DNA of 60,000 bases from Laetmonice hystrix (lineage: Eukaryota): NCBI GenBank assembly GCA_965235115.1, contig OZ249436.1, forward strand, positions 30,010,001 to 30,070,000, given 5' to 3'. The position numbers were made by a program, and so were the translations under genes. The notes under the pieces are model-generated. The model saw only the letters and a list, made by a program, of their open reading frames with translations. It did no database searches and was not told the origin of the DNA. This document shows positions 1-13,172 of this stretch, piece after piece (the stretch's first letter is position 1; each line of letters begins with the position of its first letter).

Positions 1-894
1 CTTGACCCATCCTCAGCGATTTTGAAAAATCCAAGATGGCGGCCAAGTTGACCTAATTTCCAATTTCAGCACCATTGGATTGGGTAATAGGTCCACTATC
101 TCTGACACCGAGATGGCTCCCCTAAATTCGATAGTTTCCATCTTATGGCCCCTCAAAGTTGGCCCTTTTAGGTTATTTTCAACCAAACATCAGTGATACC
201 TCGAAAACGGTTAAAGATATCAATGTCTGGTTTTGACCATTGGGTTTGGGATAAAAACCTTGAGCCATTTTCCCTGAATTTGAAAAATCCATGATGGCGG
301 CCAAGTTGACCTAATTTCCGATTTTAACACCATTGGATTGGGTAATAGGTCAGCTGTCTCTGACACCGAGATGGCTCCCCTAAAATCAATAGTTTCCAAG
401 TTATGGCTCTTCAAAGTTGGCCCTTTTAGGTCATTTTCAACCAAAAATCAGTGATATCTCTAAAACGGTTAAAGATATCAACGTCTGGTTTTCACTATTG
501 GGGTTAGGATGGAAAACTTGACCCATTTAAACTGAATTTGAAAAATCCAAGATGGCGGCCAAGTTGACCTAATTTCCGATTTTAAAACCATTGGATTGGG
601 TAATGGGTCAGCTGTCTCTGACACCGAGATGGCTCCCCTAAAATCAATAGTTTCCAAATTATGGCTCTTCAAAGTTGGCCCTTTTAGGTCATTTTCAACC
701 CAAAATCAGTGATATCTCTAAAACGGTTAAAGATATCAACGTCTGGTTTTCACCATTGGGGTTAGGATGGAAAACTTGACCCATTTGAACAGAATTTGAA
801 AAATCCAAGATGGCGGCCAAGTTGACCTAATTACCGATTTTAACACCATTGACTGGTGAATGGGATACCTGTGCCCTGGGCACCTCGCAACTAG
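1..894 (+). mobile_element. 3' part of a non-autonomous Helitron/Helentron-like element carrying a ~258-bp tandem array (~3.3 copies visible, runs off the window start)
   Basis: Unit anchor GAAAAATCCAAGATGGCGGCCAAGTTGACCTAAT recurs at ~24, ~282, ~541, ~798. The array ends with hairpin GTGCCCTGGGCAC (871-883) followed by CTAG (891-894), the rolling-circle 3' signature. Confidence 0.6.
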
Positions 895-1322
895 TTAATC
901 TTTTCTTTCGCACAGAAAATCTGCCATAGCTATATCATTGCTTTTGCAACACACTACTTTCATACTAATTAGTCCTCTCTCAAAAATTATATGATGTCAT
1001 TACTTTAAAAAAGGGGAGACGTCCTGTTCGGACTGAACAATTTCTAGTTTAGTAATGAGGTCATTAGGTCATCCGAGAGCACATTAGCATTTCGTCGTCC
1101 TATCTAAGCTTGTGCTAATGTGCTCCAGCAAGGACTGACGTGCCGGTGCTGCCGCCTTGCGGATTTGACTGGAAATCCCCACTGCGCATGCGTCTAATGT
1201 ACCCCATTAATACGTCGAGGGGTGTCCGAGTCCAGTTCCCGAAAGGAAAGTAAACCGGAAATGGCTCGGTCGTTCCGATTGGGGTTAGGTACATTCGGGA
1301 TTCCCTCGGCCATATCTTCGAA

Positions 1323-1778
1323 TAGCCTGGTCCCCGGTGCCTACCATACGCATCCGCTATGTTAGGCCCGGTGATGGCTAACAGAAAGCTGTAAAACGGA
1401 AGTGGTTATCTCCAAGCACTTCCGCCTCGGAGCTAATCACTTCCGCCTCCGGTCCGTTTGTCAGCGTTAACAGAGTGATTGACTTCTGCTTGGAGCGTTG
1501 CCGGGAGTGGCCAACATGCATGTGCGTATGCAGACCGTAGCAGGTATGGGAACTGATGACGCTATGCTTACATCCAGAAAAGCGAGGACATTTAACACTT
1601 GTATTGTATTGACGATTTCGTTGATTGACGAAAATATCTGTATCTTGTTGGAGAAATACGGAAGGTACGGAACTACCTCGTTTGAGGCCAATGTTTTCGA
1701 TGGACCAATCACAACGCTTGCTTCGATTGGCCATCACCAGGCTCTATATACGTAGTGTTTAGACCGGGCACCAGGCTA
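1323..1778. mobile_element. MITE, TAGCCTGG family (copy 1), 9-bp TSD
   Basis: TIRs TAGCCTGGTCCCCGGT / ACCGGGCACCAGGCTA; exact flanking duplication ATCTTCGAA (1314-1322, 1779-1787); homologous inverted copy at 37895-38273. Confidence 0.85.
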
Positions 1779-2381
1779 ATCTTCGAATAGCCTCGGGTGA
1801 AATAGGCGCCATTTTGAGCATTGCATCGCGGGTACATTTAGCTGGGACTCTCGCCAGCATGGCAGTGCTTGCAGTATTTTGTCTGCATCAGGCATGGAAG
1901 CAACTAATATAGGCCTACAATGCTTTCCCCAAAGTCAGTGGGCAATATTACGATAGTATCATGTTCATGATACAACTTAAATTACAAGTAGTCCTACCAT
2001 GTGCATGTGACGTTCATGGGCGCGGCCATATTGCTTCCCATAATTTGATAAATTACCATATTGACGCCCATTTAGGTAAATTAGGTGATTCATTTTTCTT
2101 CTTCAAACGTTCCCCTTCATACCAGAAATTTATATTTGCACATACAATGCGATATGCCAGTCTGTTAATGATGCGGCTGAAAGGCAGCGATATTAGCAAG
2201 ACTCTACATCCAGATTGTCAGTCTAAGAAGATCACTATACACCATTTAAGACTTTTTAACTGATTTAGTCTTTAGATTTATCGTCTTCTCTTCGTTTATT
2301 TAAACAAGATTGATCTACTTTTATTATTTTATTACATATGTACTGAGGTAACAAAAGTGGTTTTCTATTCAAGGTATCGCC

Positions 2382-2480
2382 ATGTCAACATCTGATCATC
2401 GGGTCTTTTCAGAACATTTTATTGATGGGACACCAAGCAGGGACCACCCTGACCCGAATGTGAACCTGGCATATGTACAA
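2382..2480 (+). pseudogene. THAP zinc-finger C-terminal fragment (probably transposon-derived)
   Basis: Translation DHRVFSEHFIDGTPSRDHPDPNVNLAY resembles the THAP motif RVCSxHF..G.P....P.P.L, with the Cys replaced by Phe; no intact N-terminal half seen. Confidence 0.45.
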
Positions 2481-2649
2481 GCAGCACAGAACAAAGAGGA
2501 AATACCTAACATTAGAGCCAAGCGTAGAAGACTGTGTGAAACCCATGACCTGATTTCAAACGTATCCCAAACAATGAGTCACGATCGGGGTGGGTGTTGG
2601 GGGTTGGATCCCGTCACACCCTCTGGGGTTTTCCTGTAGTTGGGGTGAC

Positions 2650-2875
2650 AGTGACGGTCTCCTCGTTAGGTGCTATAAATAGCGCTGACGTTGGGGGTGG
2701 AGGTCCTTGTTGCTATAAATAGCGTGGGGTCTCCTCGTTAGGTACTATAAATAGCACTGAGGTCACCCGGGGTCGACTTGTTGTGCTGACTGGGGGGGGG
2801 GGGGGGGTCTTTGTTGCTATAAATAGCGTGGGTCTCCTCGTTAGGTGCTATAAATAGCGCTGACGTCATTTGGCG
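2650..2875. repeat. Short degenerate tandem repeat (GGTCTCCTCGTTAGGTGCTATAAATAGCGCTGACGT motif)
   Basis: CTATAAATAGC occurs five times between ~2672 and ~2860 with alternating flanks. Confidence 0.65.
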
Positions 2876-4637
2876 TGTTCCCCGACTTGTTAGCTGACGT
2901 CACCCAGGGGCCGACCCACATGCTTGGGAGGGGGGGGGGGCATTTTTTCCCATTGGAATAACATAGGGCCAGGTGCGCCAGAACCCTCCTTTTGACACTA
3001 CTCACCAACACAACATAGGACACGGACCTACAATCAAAATTTACGTGTGGTCGAAGGAGGCGTAAGTTGGGCGCGAGTGCAATAAGTGCAATAATTGCAT
3101 GTATTATTAATATTTGGTGGCTAAACATATGAGAGTGGGCTATAGAAGTATATCCTAGAGGGGATAAGATACATAGGGGGTAGAGTTCATGTTTAAATCA
3201 CCGTAAGTGCTGAACACAAGCACTGCACTTAAAGGCACAACATTTTTAACACCTGCTAATATCGAACCCCTGCCATATAAATCAGCTTAGTGTCACTTGT
3301 AAAACTCAAATAAATTGAAGTGAGACCAACCAAATGTAATGTGGCAATGCTCAGCTGACCCCGTTGCAATCTAACGTTCTGCCGTCGAACGCTTGGCCTT
3401 TTTTCCCACGCATAGTGCTGTGCGCCTCTCACATCTAAGGTAACGCTCGGAGTGTGGGGTTTCAAGGCCATCCACCGATCTATTTCAATGCCACGAGCAC
3501 TGTCACGTCTTCTGTCCAACTCCTTTCTCAGTTTTTTTAGCTGATTCTCCTGCATACATCGACTTTCGTCGCTTAAAAGCCCTCAGCGGCATATTTACAA
3601 AGCAAGCGTATGATGATGATCAAATATGGTGGAGCGATACCTGAAGTCCTAGGACTATTATGGGATGTTGTTCGACGTGATTTGCAGCGCCCCTTCCGGA
3701 GAGCGGAGGCAAATTATCATGTTTTAGCTTCGGTCCGAATTTTAGTTAACAAAAATAGGTGACTATAGGGGACAGGTAAGTGTTTTATTCTCGAAGATAC
3801 TCGCGATGTCACTTTAAGTGTCGTTGAATAGTAGCGGAAATAAAACCGATTATGACGATGACAAATTAATGATATTCAATGTTATTTATCATCGATAGGG
3901 GCCTAACGAGAACGAAACAATGTTAGAAACTTTGCTGGACATGTTCTATTTCCCTAATTACAGATAGGCTCTTCAGGTCAAGCCATCGCAGTGTGAAAAA
4001 TCATGCGACAATCAAAGCAGAAATTAATGAGAATGTCTCTCCGTATTAGGGGATGGGATGTTCCATTAACAATTGAAAATATGTATGGAAAATATGGATT
4101 ACACATATGGAATTTCACGTCGTTATGGTTGAAATTACAAAACCTACAACACGCGATGGACATAATTACTGACATATTAGGATGGTCAATATAAGGTCTC
4201 ATTAGCCAGGGTAACAAGGGCTAACCAGAATCACCCAGCAAAACCCATTTGGAGTCTTGGGTAAGTCATGTATACGCACATGACTAACGACATGTTCGAA
4301 AGGTTGCAAAAATCTAGAGATTTGTGGGACATTATACAAAAATAATTTGTATGACGCCACTGGTTTAAACTGCGGTATTTGGCGTCTAATTCCACCCCCT
4401 AACTGGCACTCCCCTCGGCCGTTGAGTCTCTTCGTAGATGACTTAAGTGATGTCGCAAGTGACGGACTTTAGTACATGCGTAAGAGTTTTTGGTGCAACG
4501 GTAGTTACGACATGTCTTAGGGCTGTACTTACGATAAGCACTTACGTATGGGGCGCCGTTTTAACATTTATTCCTATTTAGTGATATCTCTAAATTAGCC
4601 ATGCGTATCCCTTCTTCGAAACAATTACTGCTCCCCA

Positions 4638-5720
4638 CGGTGGGAATATAGATCTCTACCGAAATCTACCGAAATCTACCGGAATGTACCGAAATCCAGA
4701 CACCCCATGACTAATTACCGAAATCGACCCCCAAACTTACCGAAATCGACCTCTAATAGTGTTGGGAAGGCCCCATATTTACCGAAATCGACCTCTAATT
4801 GGGGTTGGGAGCCCAAGATTTACCGAAACCGACCTCTAATTGGGTTTGGGAGCCCCCAAACTTACCGAAATCGACCTCTAATAGTGTTGGGAAGCCCCAG
4901 ACGTACCGGAATCGACCTCTAATAGTGTTGGGAAGGCCCCAGATTTACCGAAATCGACCTCTAATTGGGTTTGGGAGCCCCCAAACTTACCGAAATCGAC
5001 CTCTAATAGTGTTGGGAAGCCCCAGACGTACCGGAATCGACCTCTAATAGTGTTGGGAAGGCCCCAGATTTACCGAAATCGACCTCTAATTGGGTTTGGG
5101 AGCCCCCAAACTTACCGAAATCGACCTCTAATAGTGTTAGGAAGCCTCCAGACTTACCGAAATCGACCTCTAATAGTGTTGGGAAGGCCTCAGATTTACC
5201 GAACACTATTAGAGGTCGATTTGGAGGCTCCCAAACACAACTAGAGGTCGATTTCGGTAAGTTTGGGGCCTTCCCAACACTATTAGAGGTCGATTTCGGT
5301 AAGTCTGGGGGCTCCTAAACCCAATTAGAGGTTCATTTCGGTAAGTTTGGGGGCTCCTAAACCCAATTAGAGGTCGATTTCGGTAAGTTTGGGGGCTCCC
5401 AAACACAACTGGAGGTCGATTTCGGTAAGTTTGGGGGCTCCTAAACCCAATTAGAAGTCGATTTCGGTAAATAGGGCCTATGGGTCCTTCCCAACACTAT
5501 TAGAGGTCGATTTCGGTAAGTTTGGAGGCTCCCAAACACAACTAGAGGTCGATTTCGGTAAGTTTGGGGCCTTCCCAACACTATTAGAGGTCGATTTGGC
5601 AAGTCTGGGGGTCGATATCGGTAATTAGTCATGGGCTATGGTGTCTTGATTTCGGTAGATTTCGGTAGATTTCGATAGATTTCGGTATATTCCGGTAGAT
5701 TTCGGTAATTAGTCACACCG
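4638..5720. mobile_element. Foldback element: two opposed ~41-bp minisatellite arrays between inverted arms
   Basis: TTACCGAAATCGACCTCTAAT units run forward ~4716-5203, then reverse-complement ~5204-5630; outer arms (ATCTACCGAA)n / (TTCGGTAGAT)n; right end TAATTAGTCACACCG. Confidence 0.8.
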
Positions 5721-6019
5721 GTCAGGACGTGATCGCAATCCTATTTCAATAGGGAACACGCTGCTCTTTACTCGTCAATTTGGAGACAAAATTCTATTCA
5801 CCCGACTCCACACAGTTTTGAAAATGTTCATAAGATCCTCTACTGTGAAATGTTTGTCTGTATTACAAGGTCAACTGTCCACACTTTGAAAAACTTCAAA
5901 TGGCGGAGACCGCCAAGTAACGCACCATGTTGACGGTAGGACAGGCGATGGGAGGCCGACCGGTGACAGAGCTGGGCTGGGGAGCGGTTCGAAATCCCAA
6001 TGGATTTTTAAACTGGGTC

Positions 6020-6625
6020 ACGAATTAGTGATATCAAAAATACAATTAGAGATATCAGAAATTATATTACAGATATCAAAAATAGGAAGAGAATTAGTGA
6101 TATCGCTAATTGAATTAATGATATCTGCAATTCTATTTCTGATATCTGAAATTCAATTTCCGATATCAAAAAAACAATTTTTGATATCTGCAAATAGAAG
6201 AATTAGAGATAGGCTATCATTAATTGAATTGGAGATATCAGAAATTGAATTAGAGATATCAAAAAATGAATTAATGATATCACTAAATGATTTAACGATA
6301 TCAGAAATTGAATTAATGATATCAAAAAATGAATTAGAGATATCAAAAATTAAGGTGGAATTAATGATATCTCTAATTCAATTTTTGATATCAGAAAATC
6401 AATTAATGATATCTCTAATTGAATTAGTGATATCTCTAATTCTATTTCTGATATCACTAATTCTATTTCTGATATCACTAATTCATTTAGTGATATCACT
6501 AATTCTTTTTTGATATCTCTAATTATTTCTTGATATCATTAAATATTTAATGATATCAAGAAATGATTTAGTGATATCAAGAAATGAATTAGAGATATCA
6601 AAAATTCATTTAATGATATCTCTAA
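6020..6625. repeat. ~21-bp-period GATATC minisatellite in mixed orientations
   Basis: GATATC recurs about every 21 bp (e.g. GAATTAATGATATCAAAAAAT); this explains the spurious Ile/Ser/Leu ORF 6028-6513. Confidence 0.85.
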
Positions 6626-6683
6626 ATAGGAATAAATGTGAAAACGGCGCCCCATACTTACGACACCTTTGGTGCAACCGGGC

Positions 6684-7752
6684 CCAGAACAGGCACAATC
6701 TCTTGTAGAGGTCATAGACCGGCTCTCTCGGGGACAGTGAGCGAGGTACTAAAACCAGGGATCAGGACAGGCACAATCTCTTGTAGAGGTCATAGACCGG
6801 CTCTCTCTCTCGGGGACAGTGAGCGAGGTACTAAAACCAGGGATCAGGACAGGCACAATCTCTTGTAGAGGTCATAGACCGGCTGTCTCGGGGACAGTGA
6901 GCCAGGTATAGTAAAACCAGGGATCAGGACAGGCACAATCTCTTGTAGAGGTCATAGACCGGCTGTCTCGGGGACAGTGAGCCAGGTAGTAAAACCAGGG
7001 ATCAGGACAGGCACAATCTCTTGTAGAGGTCATAGACCGGCTCTCTCTCTCGGGGACAGTGAGCCAGGTAGTAAAACCAGGGATCAGGACAGGCACAATC
7101 TCTTGTAGAGGTCATAGACCGGCTCTCTCGGGGACAGTGAGCGAGGTACTAAAACCAGGGATCAGGACAGGCACAATCTCTTGTAGAGGTCATAGACCGG
7201 CTCTCTCTCAGCGACAGTGAGCGAGGTACTAAAACCAGGGATCAGGACAGGCACAATCTCTTGTAGAGGTCATAAACCGGCTCTCTCTCTCGGGGACAGT
7301 GAGCGAGGTACTAAAACCAGGGATCAGGACAGGCACAATCTCTTGTAGAGGTCATAGACCGGCTCTCTCTCGGGGACACTGAACGAGGTACTAAAACCAG
7401 GGATCAGGACAGGCACAATCTCTTGTAGAGGTCATAGACCGGCTCTCTCTCAGCGACAGTGAGCGAGGTACTAAAACCAGGGATCAGGACAGGCACAATC
7501 TCTTGTAGAGGTCATAGACCGGCTCTCTCTCTCGGGGACAGTGAGCGAGGTACTAAAACCAGGGATCAGGACAGGCACAATCTCTTGTAGCGGTCATAGA
7601 CCGGCTCTCTCGGGGACAGTGAGCGAGGTACTAAAACCAGGGATCAGGACAGGCACAATCTCTTGTAGCGGTCATAGACCGGCTCTCTCGGGGACAGTGA
7701 GCGAGGTACTAAAACCAGGGATCAGGACAGGCACAATCTCTTGTAGAGGTGA
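6684..7752. repeat. Tandem repeat, 78-82-bp unit, ~13 copies, with variable internal (CT)n
   Basis: AGGACAGGCACAATCTCTTGTAGAGGTCATAGACCGG(CT)nCGGGGACAGTGAGCGAGGTACTAAAACCAGGGATC repeated. Confidence 0.95.
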
Positions 7753-8147
7753 CCGCGTACCCCTACCCCCCCCCCTTCCCCCTCTATATAAAAATATAGT
7801 TATCATTTAAGTTATAAGAAACGAAACCGTACGGGAAACGATTTCACTAGGCCTCACGTAGTCAAAGATTGCCATGGGGCAGACTGAAAATTTTAGGGTC
7901 ACTTCTCATTGTAAGGATATTCCATATAACTTAAAAGGACACCTGATTTCAAAGAAGTGAACTTTGTCTAGAACGAGACTCGCCGTCGTTACACGCTTAC
8001 TACTCGATATGTAGGCCTACACGCGACAGCGGATGTGCACCACCTGGAACGGCGCGCGCTCCTAGTTCTTTCACACTAAAAATGAAGTGAAACAAGGGGG
8101 GGGGGGGTTCTGTCCCCCATCCTCTTTTGTGTTTATATCGACGAGCT

Positions 8148-8560
8148 ATAGGGCGCCGAAGTCTCGCGGCACGGTTATGGATTTTCTGGAGGTGTGCAAG
8201 TGGGTCAAGAGAAAACATGAGAAAACCCGAGAACGGCCGGCTTTGGTCCTAAGGTGTCGTAACATAGGAGCGGAAACTCTCAACTTCTAAATATTATTAT
8301 TTCATAGTTAGGGCGCTTTCATTCTCGTAACTTACAAAACAAGAGCACCAACCTGTTTTACGTATGAAAGAATACATTTCATGTCTTAGATGTCAAAACT
8401 GACAAAAATCTGGTCGATGTTTGAAAGTGTGTTTTCTCATCCCATGTTAAACCAATGGAGAAATTGTGACATAACAATCGTTTAGGGACCAACGTGACGC
8501 GTTTCGAGGCTATTTCGGGTCATTTAGGGGTCAAGGACGCCATTTTGAACCTGTTGAGCG
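8148..8560. mobile_element. Partial copy of the ATAGGG-family MITE
   Basis: Starts ATAGGGCGCCGAAGTCTCGCGGCACGGTTATGGATTTTCTGGA, nearly identical to 22283; no right TIR found, so the right boundary is approximate. Confidence 0.55.
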
Positions 8561-10201
8561 ATGAATCCACAAAATATAATGCCCTAAAATGGTGCCTATA
8601 AGGCGGGAAATCGCGTCTCAGAGCTTCTAATTTTTTAAAATTTCCTGAGACCCCCTGCTGAAAATCCTGGACACGCGCCTCTATTTAGGCCTAGCCTAAC
8701 AATAATTTCTGTCCATTCTTAAAAAAAAAGAGTGGTGATCCGCTCCTGGCATAACACTGACAAGTGCTTTCCTATATAATTTAGTATTATACCTAAATGA
8801 TAGCATCAGACATACAACTTATAGTTCAATGTAACTATAGTGCTAATTTTCTCTTTTTCATCCCGCTGAAATGTTTTATTACAGCTATATTCACCCTTGT
8901 TGATATTCTTTTTGGTAGTTGGAGAATAACTCAGTAGAGTCGTCGCTTGAGGTTTGAAGCGTTAATTCCTGAGGCACACGGTTGTCTTCTTCGACCAATA
9001 TGTTACGCGGTCAATGTCTATTCCTCATGGTCAAATCTATCTCTATCCTTTCCCTCCTCCTGCTCCCCTAGCCTCTCTCTTGGTGCTCCTACAATACACT
9101 GCCATACAATAGATGGGATACCACAAGAAAATACACGCTATGCCTAACATACAGGTTATAGGGATAAAATACCAGATGATATCTTATCACCCTCAAAGCA
9201 CACTCCAGATTAATATTATCCCCTGTTCGGGACCCCTTCTCCCTTCCACGGACCCACTCAAGTGATGTAGCTGGCTGCATGTTGTGTGCCGCTCGCGAGC
9301 CAAGCAGCGAATGCATGGCTACCTGTCTGCTGGGCGCTGGCCGCACTGAGCACGCCGTGTGTTCACTTCTATCTCTCGCCATTTAGCCAAAAGGCAGTTA
9401 TACCTCATGAAACTTTACACACAAGGGGATATACATGTCTAATTTATATACCTTGACGTTCAAAGCAAAAGATTTAATATTTCCGAAGTTACACTCCTTG
9501 ACGCTGAGTGTTGACAGCTAGGATTTGCAGCGATCACGCGTCTCTGCCGCATGAAACCTTTCTTCATAAAACGGTGTTTTCGTAATAAATATAGCTTTCC
9601 CACAAGGAATTTAATATTATCTGAAAGAGGACAGATTAAGCTTCCCGTATAAAGAATGGTCAAATTTGGCGCCTGTTTTCACGTCCTTCTCTTATATAAT
9701 TGTTCTCTGTGTAGTTAATTATATATTTTGCTAACTGAACTTAATATTATGTTAAAGTAGACAGTTTGAAGTATCCCACCCTGTAAATATTAAAGGGCAT
9801 GAGGTTATGGTCCCGTAGTTAAGAAGGGATCAACCAGTAAAGAAAAGGTGACGTTGTAGATGACGTCACAAGTCACGTGATACAAAAATTATGGTACCGA
9901 ATGAAAGAGGAAATACACGTTTATAAAGTCCATGGCTATTCATATTCAATTATGGCTCTGTCTTAAATCCTTCAATTGTTCCAGCTAGGGCTCTTCCAAA
10001 CGACTCAATTTGAAAATTTGCAGGTCACGTGGCTCAGCAAAAATAGGTCAAATCGCTTATCCCTGCAATCATCTTGTGGACCTTTCGTTAGAGAGTGTTT
10101 CTGCCGAATATTGTCGAATTTACCAAAAAACAGAGAAGGCGAAGCGATTTAACCGATTTTTGCCTAGGACCCAGTTCTCCCTAAGGTCAAAGGTCAAATC
10201 A

Positions 10202-11631
10202 AACCATGTAACTGCAACCAGAATGTCGGAAACTGAAGATGGTAACATAGTGTACCTACCTTAGACGAACCATGTAACTACAACCAGAAAGTCATAAACT
10301 GAAGAGGGTAACATAGTGTACCTACCTTAGACGAACCACGTAACTACAACCAGAAAGTCTGAAACTGAAGAGGGTAACATGGTGTACCTACCTTAGACTA
10401 ACCATGTAACTACAACCAGAAAGTCTGAAACTGAAGATGGTAACATAGTGTACCTAGCTTAGACGAACCATGTAACTGCAACCAGAAAGTCGTAAACTGA
10501 AGATGGTAACATAGTGTACCTACCGTAGACGAACAATGTAACTACAACCAGAAAGTCTGAAACTGAAGAGGGTAACATAGTGTACCTACCTTAGACGAAC
10601 CATGTAACTGCAACCAGAAAGTCTGAAACTGAAGAGGGTAACATAGTGTACCTACCTTAGACGAACCATGTAACTACAACCAGAAAGTCTGAAACTGAAG
10701 AGGGTAACATAGTGTACCTACCTTAGACGAACCTTGTAACTGCAACCAGAATGTCGGAAACTGAAGATGGTAACATAGTGTACCTACCTTAGACGAACAA
10801 TGTAACTACAACCAGAAAGTCGTAAACTGAAGATGGTAACATAGTGTACCTACCTTAGAGTTAGACGAACAATGTAACTACAACCAGAATGTCGTAAACT
10901 GAAGATGGTAACATAGTGTACCTACCTTAGACGAACCATGTAACTGCAACCAGAATGTCGGAAACTGAAGATGGTAACATAGTGTACCTACCTGAGACGA
11001 ACCATGTAACTGCAACCAGAATGTCGGAAACTGAAGATGGTAACATAGTGTACCTACCTTAGACGAACCATGTAACTGCAACCAGAATGTCGGAAACTGA
11101 AGATGGTAACATAGTGTACCTACCTTAGACGAACCATGTAACTGCAACCAGAATGTCGGAAACTGAAGATGGTAACATAGTGTACCTACCTGAGACGAAC
11201 CATGTAACTGCAACCAGAAAGTCTGAAACTGAAGAGGGTAACATAGTGTACCTACCTTAGACGAACCATGTAACTGCAACCAGAATGTCGTACACTGAAG
11301 ATGGTAACATAGTGTACCTACCTTAGACGAACCATGTAACTACAACCAGAATGTCGTAAACTGAAGATGGTAACATAGTGTACCTACCTTAGACGAACAA
11401 TGTAACTACAACCAGAAAGTCTGAAACTGAAGAGGGTAACATAGTGTACCTACCTTAGACGAACCATGTAACTGCAACCAGAAAGTCTGAAACTGAAGAG
11501 GGTAACATAGTGTACCTACCTTAGACGAACCATGTAACTGCAACCAGAAAGTCTGAAACTGAAGAGGGTAACATAGTGTACCTACCTTAGACGAACCATG
11601 TAACTGCAACCAGAATGTCGGAAACTGAAGA
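10202..11631. repeat. Tandem repeat, 66-bp unit, ~21 copies
   Basis: AACCATGTAACTGCAACCAGAATGTCGGAAACTGAAGATGGTAACATAGTGTACCTACCTTAGACG repeated; gives the 22-aa periodic ORFs. Confidence 0.95.
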
Positions 11632-12389
11632 TAGCCGATACTACACGAGAGCACCAAAGCCAAGCAGTAAATAGGTATAAAACAATTCTCATCGGTGCAA
11701 GTAATATTATGCAGTGACATTATTATGCAGAGGCGTGGAATGTCTGGAGGCACAAAATGTGACAGACTATAGGCCTATGGCATTGCTCCGAGTGCGGGAT
11801 GGGCCTATCTCAGGACGAGTCAGGCCAGTTCAGGCCGAGCCTTTAGGCCAGGCCTGAACTGGCCTGACAAGACTCCTTGATCCGCCCCTCACTGTCGACG
11901 TTGCAAAGTCACTTTTAATAGCCTTTATTAGAAATAATGTTTGATATGCAAAATAAATCGTGAGAAATAATACCATTCGGAGAGACTCCGAATCGGTGTT
12001 TTCACAGCAAGCAACGAGATCGGTACACGTGTACTGCACAGCGGAAAGTTCGAAATTATGTAACCTGAGGTAATGTCCATGTGACTTGGAAACTCTTCCC
12101 AGCCAACCTCAAGACACTGGTTCTGTCATTCTACCTTCAGTCGGCAATCGGACCACAACTACATGTGCGGAGAGGACTGGTGACGAACAATTTTAGGAGC
12201 TGTGTGTTGGAGTGAGTAGTTGGTGTTTAACGCCCAGTCAGCAGTATTTCAGCTGTTTCAGGGCGCAACATGTTGGAGAGAATACGTTTTACTCATACTG
12301 TTAAGTGCTTAGTTCATTGGTACCGTTTATGTGTATGCATTTCTGCTGTCTGTTGTAACAGCTAGGGGAGGAGAGCATGGTCAGTTCTT

Positions 12390-12880
12390 GCCCGTGGTCG
12401 GGGCCTGAACAAAATGCAGTGTGGTATGCTGCTGCCCGTGGTCGGGGCCTGAACAAAATGCAGTGTGGTATGCTGCTGCCCGTGGTCGGGGCCAGAACAA
12501 GATGCAGTGTGGTATGCTGTTGCCCGTGGTCTGGGCATGTACAAAATGCAGTGTGGTATGCTGCGCCCGTGGTCTGGACATGTACAAAATGCAGTGTGGT
12601 ATGCTGCGCCCGTGGTCTGGACATGTACAAAATGCAGTGTGGTATACTGCTGCCCGTGGTCTGGGCATGTACAAAATGCAGTGTGGTATGCTGCTGCCCG
12701 TGGTCTGGGCATGTACAAAATGCAGTGTGGTTTGCTGCGCCCGTGGTCTGGACATGTACAAAATGCAGTGTGGTATGCTGCTGCCCGTGGTCTGGGCATG
12801 TACAAAATGCAGTGTGGTATGCTGCTGCCCGTGGTCTGGGCATGTACAAAATGCAGTGTGGTATGCTGCTGCCTGTGGTC
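12390..12880. repeat. Tandem repeat, ~42-45-bp unit, ~11 copies
   Basis: GCCCGTGGTCTGGGCATGTACAAAATGCAGTGTGGTATGCTGCT repeated; ORFs appear in all six frames. Confidence 0.95.
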
Positions 12881-13172
12881 GCAGGTAAAGTATGGTGTGA
12901 AGAATACGGTGTGGTGTGCGGCTAGCTGTGGTTGCGGCCAGGTCAGTTACGGTGTGGACTGCTCCTGCCAGGGGCCGGGCCAGGTAAAGTACAATGTGAC
13001 ATGTCGCTTCCTGTAGTATGATGTTACCAGGACAGGGGCCAGGTGCAGATACAGAGAGTATGTATGCCAATTCTGTGTCCAGGCCTTCGTAAAGTGATTT
13101 TGTAAATTGGACGTAACGCCAAGGGACAACAACTTCTATACGCTGAATTGATATGTCTTCTGCTCTGTTGTA

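Larger units (their letters stand above)
4547..6656. mobile_element. Non-autonomous TIR DNA transposon with 6-bp TSD and GATATC-rich subterminal array
   Basis: TATGGGGCGCCGTTTTAACATTTATTCCTATTTAGTGATATC (from 4547) is the inverse of GATATCTCTAAATAGGAATAAATGTGAAAACGGCGCCCCATA (to 6656); CTTACG duplicated at 4541-4546 and 6657-6662. Confidence 0.8.

Noticed and set aside
4707..7810. Repetitive ORFs (YRNRPLI.., ISLIEL.., GTISCRGHRP..) as proteins
   Set aside because: They are translations of minisatellites; unit lengths vary and frames break repeatedly.
10202..11631. Hammerhead ribozyme in the 66-bp repeat (CTGAAGA followed by a GGTA/TACC stem)
   Set aside because: No GAAA follows the stem and no stem I/III pairing can be built.
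12301..13070. Cys/His-rich ORFs as metallothionein- or keratin-associated-like genes
   Set aside because: Open in all six frames over a ~44-bp tandem repeat; no gene structure.
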